The notes below the pieces were generated by a model. The model did not search any database. It saw only the letters and a list, made by a program, of their open reading frames with translations, and was not told the origin of the DNA. DNA of 25,577 nt from Utricularia gibba (taxonomy: Eukaryota; Plantae; Magnoliophyta). Below, in pieces: positions 10,301-21,687 of this stretch (the first letter of the stretch is position 1; every line of letters starts with the position of its first letter). Where the stretch lies: positions 1 to 25,577 of the forward strand of contig NEEC01000516.1 in the NCBI GenBank assembly GCA_002189035.1. Direction: 5' to 3'. Position numbers and translations under genes: made by a program.

Positions 10301-12331
10301 ATGTATTTATTAACGTTCAGTTTTTGGGGGCTGCCTACATGGTTTTTCAAGGAACAGCTTCTCGTTTTGTGGCTCCTGGCCCCGATTCTGTATGGCTCAT
10401 GAGGTCAACCGGATGGAAATCGATTAAAGAAAAATGATGCCTTTTTTAAATTACGATATCACGTGCACCCCACATGATTTTTTCAACAACTTGCTTTATA
10501 CTTGTGGAGGCGGTCTTGGGGTGCACCTAGAACGGGACAAAGGTCAGGTTTGGCTTGCGCCTAGAGTTAGTTGTAACTCGGAAAATAAAGTGATGTATTT
10601 ATTAACGTTCAGTTTTTGGGGGCTGCCTACATGGTTTTTCAAGAAAACAGCTTCTCGTTTTGTGGCGGCCAGTCTCGCTGGGAACTTGGTCCTTGACCCC
10701 GATTATGTATTGCTCATGAGGTCAACCGGATGCAAATTGATTAAAAAAAAATGATGCCTTTGTTTAAATTACGATATCACGTGCACCCCACATGATTTTT
10801 TCAACAACTTACTTTATACTTGAGGAGGCGGTCTTGGGGTGCACCTAGAACGGGACAAAGGTCAGGTTTGGCTTGCGCCGAGAGTTAGTTGTAGCTCGGA
10901 AAATAAAGTGATGTATTTATTAACGTTCAGTTTTGGGGGCTGCCTACATGGTTTTTCAAGGAACAGCTTCTCGTTTTGTGGCGGCCAGTCTCGCTGGGAA
11001 CTTGGTCCTTGACCCGATTCTGTATGGCTCATGAGGTCAACCGATGGAAATCGATTAAAGAAAATGATGCCTTTGTTTAAATTACGATATCACGTGCACC
11101 CCACATGATTTTTTCAACAACTTGCTTTATACTTGAGGAGGCGGTCTTGGGGTGCACCTGGAACGGGACAAAGGTCAGGTTTGGCTTGCGCCGAGAGTTA
11201 GTTGTAACACGGAAAATAAAGTGATGTATTTATTAACGTTCAGTTTTTGGGGGCTGCCTACATGGTTTTTCAAGAAACAGCTTCTCGTTTTGTGGCGGCC
11301 AGTCTCGCTGGAACTTGGTCCTTGACCCCGATTCTGTATGGCTCATGAGGTCAACCGGATGGAAATCGATTAAAGAAAATGATGCCTTTCTTTAAATTAC
11401 GATATCACGTGCACCCCACATGATTTTTTCAACAACTTGCTTTATACTTGAGGAGGCGGTCTTGGGGTGCACCTAGAACGGGACAAAGGTCAGGTTTGGC
11501 TTGCGCCGAGTTAGTTGTAGCTCGGCAAATAAAGTGATGTATTTATTAACGTTCAGTTTTTGGGGGCTGCCTACATGGTTTTTCAAGAAACAGCTTCTCG
11601 TTTTGTGGCGGCCAGTCTCGCTGGGAACTTGGTCCTTGACCCGATTATGTATTGCTCATGAGGTCAACCGGATGCAAATTGATTAAAAAAAATGATGCCT
11701 TGTTTAAATTACGATATCACGTGCACCCCACATGATTTTTTCAACAACTTACTTTATACTTGAGGAGGCGGTCTTGGGGTGCACCTAGAACGGGACAAAG
11801 GTCAGGTTTGGCTTGCGTTGAGAGTTAGTTGTAGCTCGGAAAATAAAGTGATGTATTTATTAACGTTCAGTTTTGGGGGCTGCCTACATGGTTTTTCAAG
11901 GAACAGCTTCTCGTTTTGTGGCGGCCAGTCTCGCTGGGAACTTGGTCCTTGACCCCGATTATGTATGCTCATGAGGTCAACCGGATGCAAATTGATTAAA
12001 AAAAATGATGCCTTTGTTTAAATTACGATATCACGTGCACCCCACATGATTTTTTCAACTTACTTTATACTTGAGGAGGCGGTCTTGGGGTGCACCTAGA
12101 ACGGGACAAAGGTCAGGTTTGGCTTGCGCCGAGAGTTAGTTGTAGCTCGGAAAATAAAGTGATGTATTTATTAACGTTCAGTTTTTGGGGGCTGCCTACA
12201 TGGTTTTTCAAGGAACAGCTTCTCGTTTTTGTGGCGGCCAGTCTCGCTGGGAACTTGGTCCTTGACCCCGATTCTGTATGGCTCATGAGGTCAACCGGAT
12301 GCAAATCGATTAAAGAAAATGATGCCTTTGT

Positions 12332-15132
12332 TTAAATTACGATATCACGTGCACCCCACATGATTTTTCAACAACTTACTTTATACTTGAGGAGGCGGTC
12401 TTGGGGTGCACCTGGAACGGGACAAAGGTCAGGTTTGGCTTGCGCCGAGAGTTAGTTGTAGCTCGGCAAAAAGTGATGTATTTTAACGTTCAGTTTTGGG
12501 GGCCCTACATGGTTTTTCAAGGAACAGCTTCTCGTTTTGTGGCGGCCAGTCTCGCTGGAACTTGGTCCCCCCGATTCTTTATGGCTCATGAGGTCAACCG
12601 GATGGAAATCGATTAAAGAAAAATGATGCCTTTCTTTAAATTACGATATCACGTGCACCCCACATGATTTTTTCAACAACTTGCTTTATACTTGTGGAGG
12701 CGGTCTTGGGGTGCACCTGGAACGGGACAAAGGTCAGGTTTGGCTTGCGCCTAGAGTTAGTTGTAACACGGAAAATAAAGTGATGTATTTATTAACGTTC
12801 AGTTTTTGGGGGGCTGCCTACATGGTTTTTCAAGAAACAGCTTCTCGTTTTGTGGCGGCCAGTCTCGCTGGGAACTTGGTCCTTGACCCGATTATGTATT
12901 GCTCATGAGGTCAACCGGATGCAAATTGATTAAAAAAAAATGATGCCTTTGTTTAAATTACGATATCACGTGCACCCCACATGATTTTTTCAACAACTTA
13001 CTTTATACTTGAGGAGGCGGTCTTGGGGTGCACCTAGAACGGGACAAAGGTCAGGTTTGGCTTGCGTTGAGATTTAGTTGTAGCTCGGAAAATAAAGTGA
13101 TGTATTTATTAACGTTCAGTTTTGGGGGGCTGCCTACATGGTTTTTCAAGAACAGCTTCTCGTTTTGTGGCGGCCAGTCTCGCTGGGAACTTGGTCCTTG
13201 ACCCCGATTATGTATTGCTCATGAGGTCAACCGGATGCAAATCGATTAAAAAAAATGATGCCTTGTTTAAATTACGATATCACGTGCACCCCACATGATT
13301 TTTTCAACAACTTACTTTATACTTGAGGAGGCGGTCTTGGGGTGCACCTAGAACGGGACAAAGGTCAGGTTTGGCTTGCGCCGAGAGTTAGTTGTAGCTC
13401 GGCAAAAAAGTGATGTATTTATTAACGTTCAGTTTTGGGGGCTGCCTACATGGTTTTTCAAGGAACAGCTTCTCGTTTTGTGGCGGCCAGTCTCGCTGGA
13501 ACTTGGTCCTTGCCCCGATTCTGTATGGCTCATGAGGTCAACCGGATGAAATCGATTAAAGAAAATGATGCCTTTCTTTAAATTACGATATCACGTGCAC
13601 CCCACATGATTTTTTCAACAACTTGCTTTATACTTGGAGGCGGTCTTGGGGTGCACCTGGAACGGGACAAAGGTCAGGTTTGGCTTGCGCCGAGAGTTAG
13701 TTGTAACTCGGAAAATAAAGTGATGTATTTATTAACGTTCAGTTTTTGGGGGCTGCCTACATGGTTTTTCAAGAAACAGCTTCTCGTTTTGTGGCGGCCA
13801 GTCTCGCTGGGAACTTGGTCCTTGACCCCGATTCTGTATGCTCATGAGGTCAACCGGATGCAAATCGATTAAAAAAAAATGATGCCTTTGTTTAAATTAC
13901 GATATCACGTGCACCCCACATGATTTTTTCAACAACTTGCTTTATACTTGAGGAGGCGGTCTTGGGGTGCACCTAGAACGGGACAAAGGTCAGGTTTGGC
14001 TTGCGTTGAGAGTTAGTTGTAGCTCGGAAATAAAGTGATGTATTTATTAACGTTCAGTTTTGGGGGGCTGCCTACATGGTTTTTTCAAGGAACAGCTTCT
14101 CGTTTTGTGGCGGCCAGTCTCGCTGGGAACTTGGTCCTTGACCCCGATTATGTATGCTCATGAGGTCAACCGGATGCAAATTGATTAAAAAAATGATGCC
14201 TTGTTTAAATTACGATATCACGTGCACCCCACATGATTTTTTCAACAACTTACTTTACTTGAGGAGGCGGTCTTGGGGTGCACCTAGAACGGGACAAAGG
14301 TCAGGTTTGGCTTGCGCCGAGAGTTAGTTGTAGCAAAAAAGTGATGTATTTATTAACGTTCAGTTTTGGGGGCTGCCTACATGGTTTTTCAAGGACAGCT
14401 TCTCGTTTTGTGGCGGCCAGTCTCGCTGGAACTTGGTCGGGCCCCGATTCTTTATGGCTCATGAGGTCAACCGGATGGAAATCGATTAAAGAAAATGATG
14501 CCTTTCTTTAAATTACGATATCACGTGCACCCACATGATTTTTTCAACAACTTGCTTTATACTTGTGGAGGCGGTCTTGGGGTGCACCTGGAACGGGACA
14601 AAGGTCAGGTTTGGCTTGCGCCTAGAGTTAGTTGTAACACGGCAAATAAAGTGATGTATTTATTAACGTTCAGTTTTTGGGGGCCCTACATGGTTTTTCA
14701 AGAACAGCTTCTCGTTTTGTGGCGGCCAGTCTCGCTGGGAACTTGGTCCTTGACCCGATTATGTATTGCTCATGAGGTCAACCGGATGCAAATTGATTAA
14801 AAAAAATGATGCCTTGTTTAAATTACGATATCACGTGCACCCCACATGATTTTTTCAACAACTTACTTTATACTTGAGGAGGCGGTCTTGGGGTGCACCT
14901 AGAACGGGACAAAGGTCAGGTTTGGCTTGCGCCGAGAGTTAGTTGTAGCTCGGAAATAAAGTGATGTATTTATTAACGTTCAGTTTTGGGGGCTGCCTAC
15001 ATGGTTTTTCAAGGAACAGCTTCTCGTTTTGTGGCGGCCAGTCTCGCTGGGAACTTGGTCCTTGACCCCGATTATGTATTGCTCATGAGGTCAACCGGAT
15101 GCAAATTGATTAAAAAAAAATGATGCCTTTGT
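12332..15132. repeat. Three consecutive X-Y-Z trimers (~0.93 kb each), copies 41-43, 44-46, 47-49
   Basis: X: cggcaaaaa, gctggaac, ggtc(ggg/ccc)ccccgattctttat, gatggaaatcg, cctttct. Y: cttgcttt, ttgtgg, cctggaa, gcctagag, taacacgg/taactcgg, caagaaac, attatgtattg, caaattg. Z: cctagaa, often gcgttgag, attatgtat. Copies 44-46 carry only a subset of these alleles. Confidence 0.75.
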
Positions 15133-18100
15133 TTAAATTACGATATCACGTGCACCCCACATGATTTTTTCACAACTTACTTTATACTTGAGGAGGCGGT
15201 CTTGGGGTGCACCTAGAACGGGACAAAGGTCAGGTTTGGCTTGCGCCGAGAGTTAGTTGTAGCTCGGAAAATAAAGTGATGTATTTATTAACGTTCAGTT
15301 TTTGGGGCTGCCTACATGGTTTTTCAAGGAACAGCTTCTCGTTTTGTGGCGGCCAGTCTCGCTGGGAACTTGGTCCTTGACCCGATTCTGTATGGCTCAT
15401 GAGGTCAACCGGATGCAAATCGATTAAAGAAAATGATGCCTTTGTTTAAATTACGATATCACGTGCACCCCACATGATTTTTTCAACTTACTTTATACTT
15501 GAGGAGGCGGTCTTGGGGTGCACCTGGAACGGGACAAAGGTCAGGTTTGGCTTGCGCCGAGAGTTAGTTGTAGCTCGGAAAATAAAGTGATGTATTTATT
15601 AACGTTCAGTTTTTGGGGGCTGCCTACATGGTTTTTCAAGGAACAGCTTCTCGTTTTGTGGCGGCCAGTCTCGCTGGAACTTGGTCGGACCCCGATTCTG
15701 TATGGCTCATGAGGTCAACCGGATGGAAATCGATTAAAGAAAATGATGCCTTTGTTTAAATTACGATATCACGTGCACCCCACATGATTTTTTCAACAAC
15801 TTGCTTTATACTTGAGGAGGCGGTCTTGGGGTGCACCTGGAACGGGACAAAGGTCAGGTTTGGCTTGCGCGAGAGTTAGTTGTAGCTCGGAAAATAAAGT
15901 GATGTATTTATTAACGTTCAGTTTTTGGGGGCTGCCTACATGGTTTTTCAAGGACAGCTTCTCGTTTTGTGGCGGCCAGTCTCGCTGGGAACTTGGTCCT
16001 TGACCCCGATTCTGTATGGCTCATGAGGTCAACCGGATGGAAAATCGATTAAAGAAAATGATGCCTTTCTTTAAATTACGATATCACGTGCACCCCACAT
16101 GATTTTTTCAACAACTTGCTTTTATACTTGAGGAGGCGGTCTTGGGGTGCACCTGGAACGGGACAAAGGTCAGGTTTGGCTTGCGTTGAGAGTTAGTTGT
16201 AGCTCGGAAAAAAAGTGATGTATTTATTAACGTTCAGTTTTGGGGGGCTGCCTACATGGTTTTTCAAGGAACAGCTTCTCGTTTTGTGGCGGCCAGTCTC
16301 GCTGGGAACTTGGTCCTTGACCCCGATTATGTATTGCTCATGAGGTCAACCGGATGCAAATCGATTAAAAAAAATGATGCCTTTGTTTAAATTACGATAT
16401 CACGTGCACCCCACATGATTTTTTCAACAACTTACTTTATACTTGAGGAGGCGGTCTTGGGGTGCACCTAGAACGGGACAAAGGTCAGGTTTGGCTTGCG
16501 CGAGAGTTAGTTGTAGCTCGGAAAATAAAGTGATGTATTTATTAACGTTCAGTTTTGGGGGCTGCCTACATGGTTTTTCAAGGAACAGCTTCTCGTTTTT
16601 GTGGCGGCCAGTCTCGCTGGGAACTTGGTCTTGACCCCGATTATGTATGGCTCATGAGGTCAACCGGATGGAAATCGATTAAAGAAAATGATGCCTTTGT
16701 TTAAATTACGATATCACGTGCACCCCACATGATTTTTTCAACAACTTACTTTATACTTGAGGAGGCGGTCTTGGGGTGCACCTGGAACGGGACAAAGGTC
16801 AGGTTTGGCTTGCGCCGAGAGTTAGTTGTAGCTCGGAAATAAAGTGATGTATTTATTAACGTTCAGTTTTTGGGGGCTGCCTACATGGTTTTTCAAGGAA
16901 CAGCTTCTCGTTTTGTGGCGGCCAGTCTCGCTGGAACTTGGTCCTTGACCCGATTCTGTATGGCTCATGAGGTCAACCGGATGGAAATCGATTAAAGAAA
17001 ATGATGCCTTTCTTTAAATTACGATATCACGTGCACCCCACATGATTTTTTCAACAACTTGCTTTATACTTGAGGAGGCGGTCTTGGGGTGCACCTGGAA
17101 CGGGACAAAGGTCAGGTTTGGCTTGCGCCGAGAGTTAGTTGTAACTCGGAAAATAAAGTGATGTATTTATTAACGTTCAGTTTTTGGGGGGCTGCCTACA
17201 TGGTTTTTCAAGGAACAGCTTCTCGTTTTGTGGCGGCCAGTCTCGCTGGGAACTTGGTCCTTGACCCGATTATGTATTGCTCATGAGGTCAACCGGATGC
17301 AAATTGATTAAAAAAAAATGATGCCTTTTTTAAATTACGATATCACGTGCACCCCACATGATTTTTTCAACAACTTACTTTATACTTGAGGAGGCGGTCT
17401 TGGGGTGCACCTAGAACGGGACAAAGGTCAGGTTTGGCTTGCGCCGAGAGTTAGTTGTAGCTCGGAAATAAAGTGATGTATTTATTAACGTTCAGTTTTT
17501 TGGGGGCTGCCTACATGGTTTTTCAAGGAACAGCTTCTCGTTTTGTGGCGGCCAGTCTCGCTGGGAACTTGGTCCTTGACCCCGATTCTGTATGGCTCAT
17601 GAGGTCAACCGGATGCAAATCGATTAAAGAAAATGATGCCTTTCTTTAAATTACGATATCACGTGCACCCCACATGATTTTTTCAACAACTTGCTTTATA
17701 CTTGTGGAGGCGGTCTTGGGGTGCACCTGGAACGGGACAAAGGTCAGGTTTGGCTTGCGCCGAGAGTTAGTTGTAGCTCGGAAAATAAAGTGATGTATTT
17801 ATTAACGTTCAGTTTTTGGGGGCTGCCTACATGGTTTTTCAAGGAACAGCTTCTCGTTTTGTGGCGGCCAGTCTCGCTGGGAACTTGGTCCCCCGATTCT
17901 TATGGCTCATGAGGTCAACCGGATGGAAATCGATTAAAGAAAATGATGCCTTTCTTTAAATTACGATATCACGTGCACCCCACATGATTTTTTCAACAAC
18001 TTGCTTTATACTTGTGGAGGCGGTCTTGGGGTGCACCTGGAACGGGACAAAGGTCAGGTTTGGCTTGCAGAGTTAGTTGTAACACGGCAAATAAAGTGAT

Positions 18101-18894
18101 GTATTTATTAACGTTCAGTTTTTGGGGGCTGCCTACATGGTTTTTCAAGGAACAGCTTCTCGTTTTGTGGCGGCCAGTCTCGCTGGGAACTTGGTCCTTG
18201 ACCCGATTATGTATTGCTCATGAGGTCAACGGATGCAAATTGATTAAAAAAAATGATGCCTTGTTTAAATTACGATATCACGTGCACCCCACATGATTTT
18301 TTCAACAACTTACTTTATACTTGAGGAGGCGGTCTTGGGGTGCACCTAGAACGGGACAAAGGTCAGGTTTGGCTTGCGCCGAGAGTTAGTTGTAGCTCGG
18401 AAAATAAAGTGATGTATTTATTAACGTTCAGTTTTGGGGGGCTGCCTACATGGTTTTTCAAGGAACAGCTTCTCGTTTTGTGGCGGCCAGTCTCGCTGGG
18501 AACTTGGTCCTTGACCCCGATTATGTATGCTCATGAGGTCAACCGGATGCAAATTGATTAAAAAAATGATGCCTTTGTTTAAATTACGATATCACGTGCA
18601 CCCCACATGATTTTTTCAACAACTTACTTTATACTTGAGGAGGCGGTCTTGGGGTGCACCTAGAACGGGACAAAGGTCAGGTTTGGCTTGCGCCGAGAGT
18701 TAGTTGTAGCTCGGAAAATAAAGTGATGTATTTATTAACGTTCAGTTTTTGGGGGCTGCCTACATGGTTTTTCAAGGAACAGCTTCTCGTTTTGTGGCGG
18801 CCAGTCTCGCTGGGAACTTGGTCCTTGACCCCGATTATGTATGGCTCATGAGGTCAACCGGATGGAAATCGATTAAAGAAAATGATGCCTTTGT

Positions 18895-21687
18895 TTAAAT
18901 TACGATATCACGTGCACCCCACATGATTTTTTCAACAACTTACTTTATACTTGAGGAGGCGGTCTTGGGGTGCACCTGGAACGGGACAAAGGTCAGGTTT
19001 GGCTTGCGCCGAGAGTTAGTTGTAGCTCGGCAAATAAGTGATGTATTTATTAACGTTCAGTTTTGGGGGCTGCCTACATGGTTTTTCAAGGAACAGCTTC
19101 TCGTTTTGTGGCGGCCAGTCTCGCTGGAACTTGGTCCCACCCGATTCTGTATGGCTCATGAGGTCAACCGGATGGAAATCGATTAAAGAAAATGATGCCT
19201 TTCTTTAAATTACGATATCACGTGCACCCACATGATTTTTTCAACAACTTGCTTTATACTTGAGGAGGCGGTCTTGGGGTGCACCTGGAACGGGACAAAG
19301 GTCAGGTTTGGCTTGCGCCTAGAGTTAGTTGTAGCGGAAATAAAGTGATGTATTTATTAACGTTCAGTTTTGGGGGCTGCTACATGGTTTTTCAAGAAAC
19401 AGCTTCTCGTTTTGTGGCGGCCAGTCTCGCTGGGAACTTGGTCCTTGACCCGATTATGTATTGCTCATGAGGTCAACCGGATGCAAATTGATTAAAAAAA
19501 TGATGCCTTTGTTTAAATTACGATATCACGTGCACCCCACATGATTTTTTCAACAACTTGCTTTATACTTGAGGAGGCGGTCTTGGGGTGCACCTAGAAC
19601 GGGACAAAGGTCAGGTTTGGCTTGCGTTGAGAGTTAGTTGTAACTCGGAAATAAAGTGATGTATTTATTAACGTTCAGTTTTGGGGGGCTGCCTACATGG
19701 TTTTTCAAGGAACAGCTTCTCGTTTTGTGGCGGCCAGTCTCGCTGGGAACTTGGTCCTTGACCCGATTATGTATTGCTCATGAGGTCAACCGGATGCAAA
19801 TTGATTAAAAAAAATGATGCCTTGTTTTTTACGATATCACGTGCACCCACATGATTTTTTCAACAACTTACTTTATACTTGAGGAGGCGGTCTTGGGGTG
19901 CACCTAGAACGGGACAAAGGTCAGTTTGGCTTGCGCCGAGAGTTAGTTGTAGCCCGGCAAAGAATGTGATGTATTTCTTAACGTTCAGTTTTTCGGGGCT
20001 GCCTACATGGTTTTTCAAGGACAGCTTCTCGTTTTGTGGCGGCCAGTCTCTGGAACTTGGTCGGGCCCCCGATTCTTTATGGCTCATGAGGTCAACCGGA
20101 TGGAAATCGATTAAAGAAAATGATGCCTTTCTTTAAATTACGATATCACGTGCACCCCACATGATTTTTTCAACAACTTGCTTTATACTTGTGGAGGCGG
20201 TCTTGGGGTGCACCTGGAACGGGACAAAGGTCAGGTTTGGCTTGCGCCTAGAGTTAGTTGGGAAATAAAGTGATGTATTTATTAACGTTCAGTTTTTGGG
20301 GGCTACCTACATGGTTTTTCAAGAAACAGCTTCTCGTTTTTGTGGCGGCCAGTCTCGCTGGGAACTTGGTCCTTGACCGCGATTATGTATTGCTCATGAG
20401 GTCAACCGGATGCAAATTGATTAAAAAAAATGATGCCTTTGTTTAAATTACGATATCACGTGCACCCCACATGATTTTTTCAACAACTTGCTTTATACTT
20501 GAGGAGGCGGTCTTGGGGTGCACCTAGAACGGGACAAAGGTCAGGTTTGGCTTGCGTTGAGAGTTAGTTGTAGCTCGGAAAATAAAGTGATGTATTTATT
20601 AACGTTCAGTTTTGGGGGCTGCCTACATGGTTTTTCAAGGAACAGCTTCTCGTTTTGTGGCGGCCAGTCTCGCTGGGAACTTGGTCCTTGACCCCGATTA
20701 TGTATTGCTCATGAGGTCAACCGGATGCAAATTGATTAAAAAAAATGATGCCTTTGTTTAAATTACGATATCACGTGCACCCCACATGATTTTTTCAACA
20801 ACTTACTTTATACTTGAGGAGGCGGTCTTGGGGTGCACCTAGAACGGGACAAAGGTCAGGTTTGGCTTGCGCCGAGAGTTAGTTGTAGCTCGGAAAAAAG
20901 TGATGTATTTATTAACGTTCAGTTTTTGGGGGCTGCCTACATGGTTTTTCAAGGAACAGCTTCTCGTTTTGTGGCGGCCAGTCTCGCTGGGAACTTGGTC
21001 GGGCCCCCGATTCTTTATGGCTCATGAGGTCAACCGGATGGAAATCGATTAAAGAAAATGATGCCTTTCTTTAAATTACGATATCACGTGCACCCCACAT
21101 GATTTTTTCAACAACTTGCTTTATACTTGTGGAGGCGGTCTTGGGGTGCACCTGGAACGGGACAAAGGTCAGGTTTGGCTTGCGCTAGAGTTAGTTGTAA
21201 CACGGAAAATAAAGTGATGTATTTATTAACGTTCAGTTTTTGGGGGCTACCTACATGGTTTTTCAAGAACAGCTTCTCGTTTTTGTGGCGGCCAGTCTCG
21301 CTGGGAACTTGGTCCTTGACCGATTATGTATTGCTCATGAGGTCAACCGGATGCAAATTGATTAAAAAAAATGATGCCTTTGTTTAAATTACGATATCAC
21401 GTACATGATTTTTTCAACAACTTACTTTATACTTGAGGAGGCGGTCTTGGGGTGCACCTAGAACGGGACAAAGGTCAGGTTTGGCTTGCGGAGAGTTAGT
21501 TGTAGCTCGGAAAATAAAGTGATGTATTTATTAACGTTCAGTTTTGGGGGGCCCTACATGGTTTTTCAAGGAACAGCTTCTCGTTTTGTGGCGGCCAGTC
21601 TCGCTGGGAACTTGGTCCTTGACCCCGATTATGTATTGCTCATGAGGTCAACCGGATGCAAATCGATTAAAAAAATGATGCCTTTGT
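18895..21687. repeat. Three consecutive X-Y-Z trimers, copies 62-64, 65-67, 68-70
   Basis: Same linked alleles as at 12332-15132: gggcccccgattctttat in copies 65 and 68; cctag/gctag, ttgtgg and gctacctac in 66 and 69; gcgttgag in 64 and 67. Confidence 0.75.
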
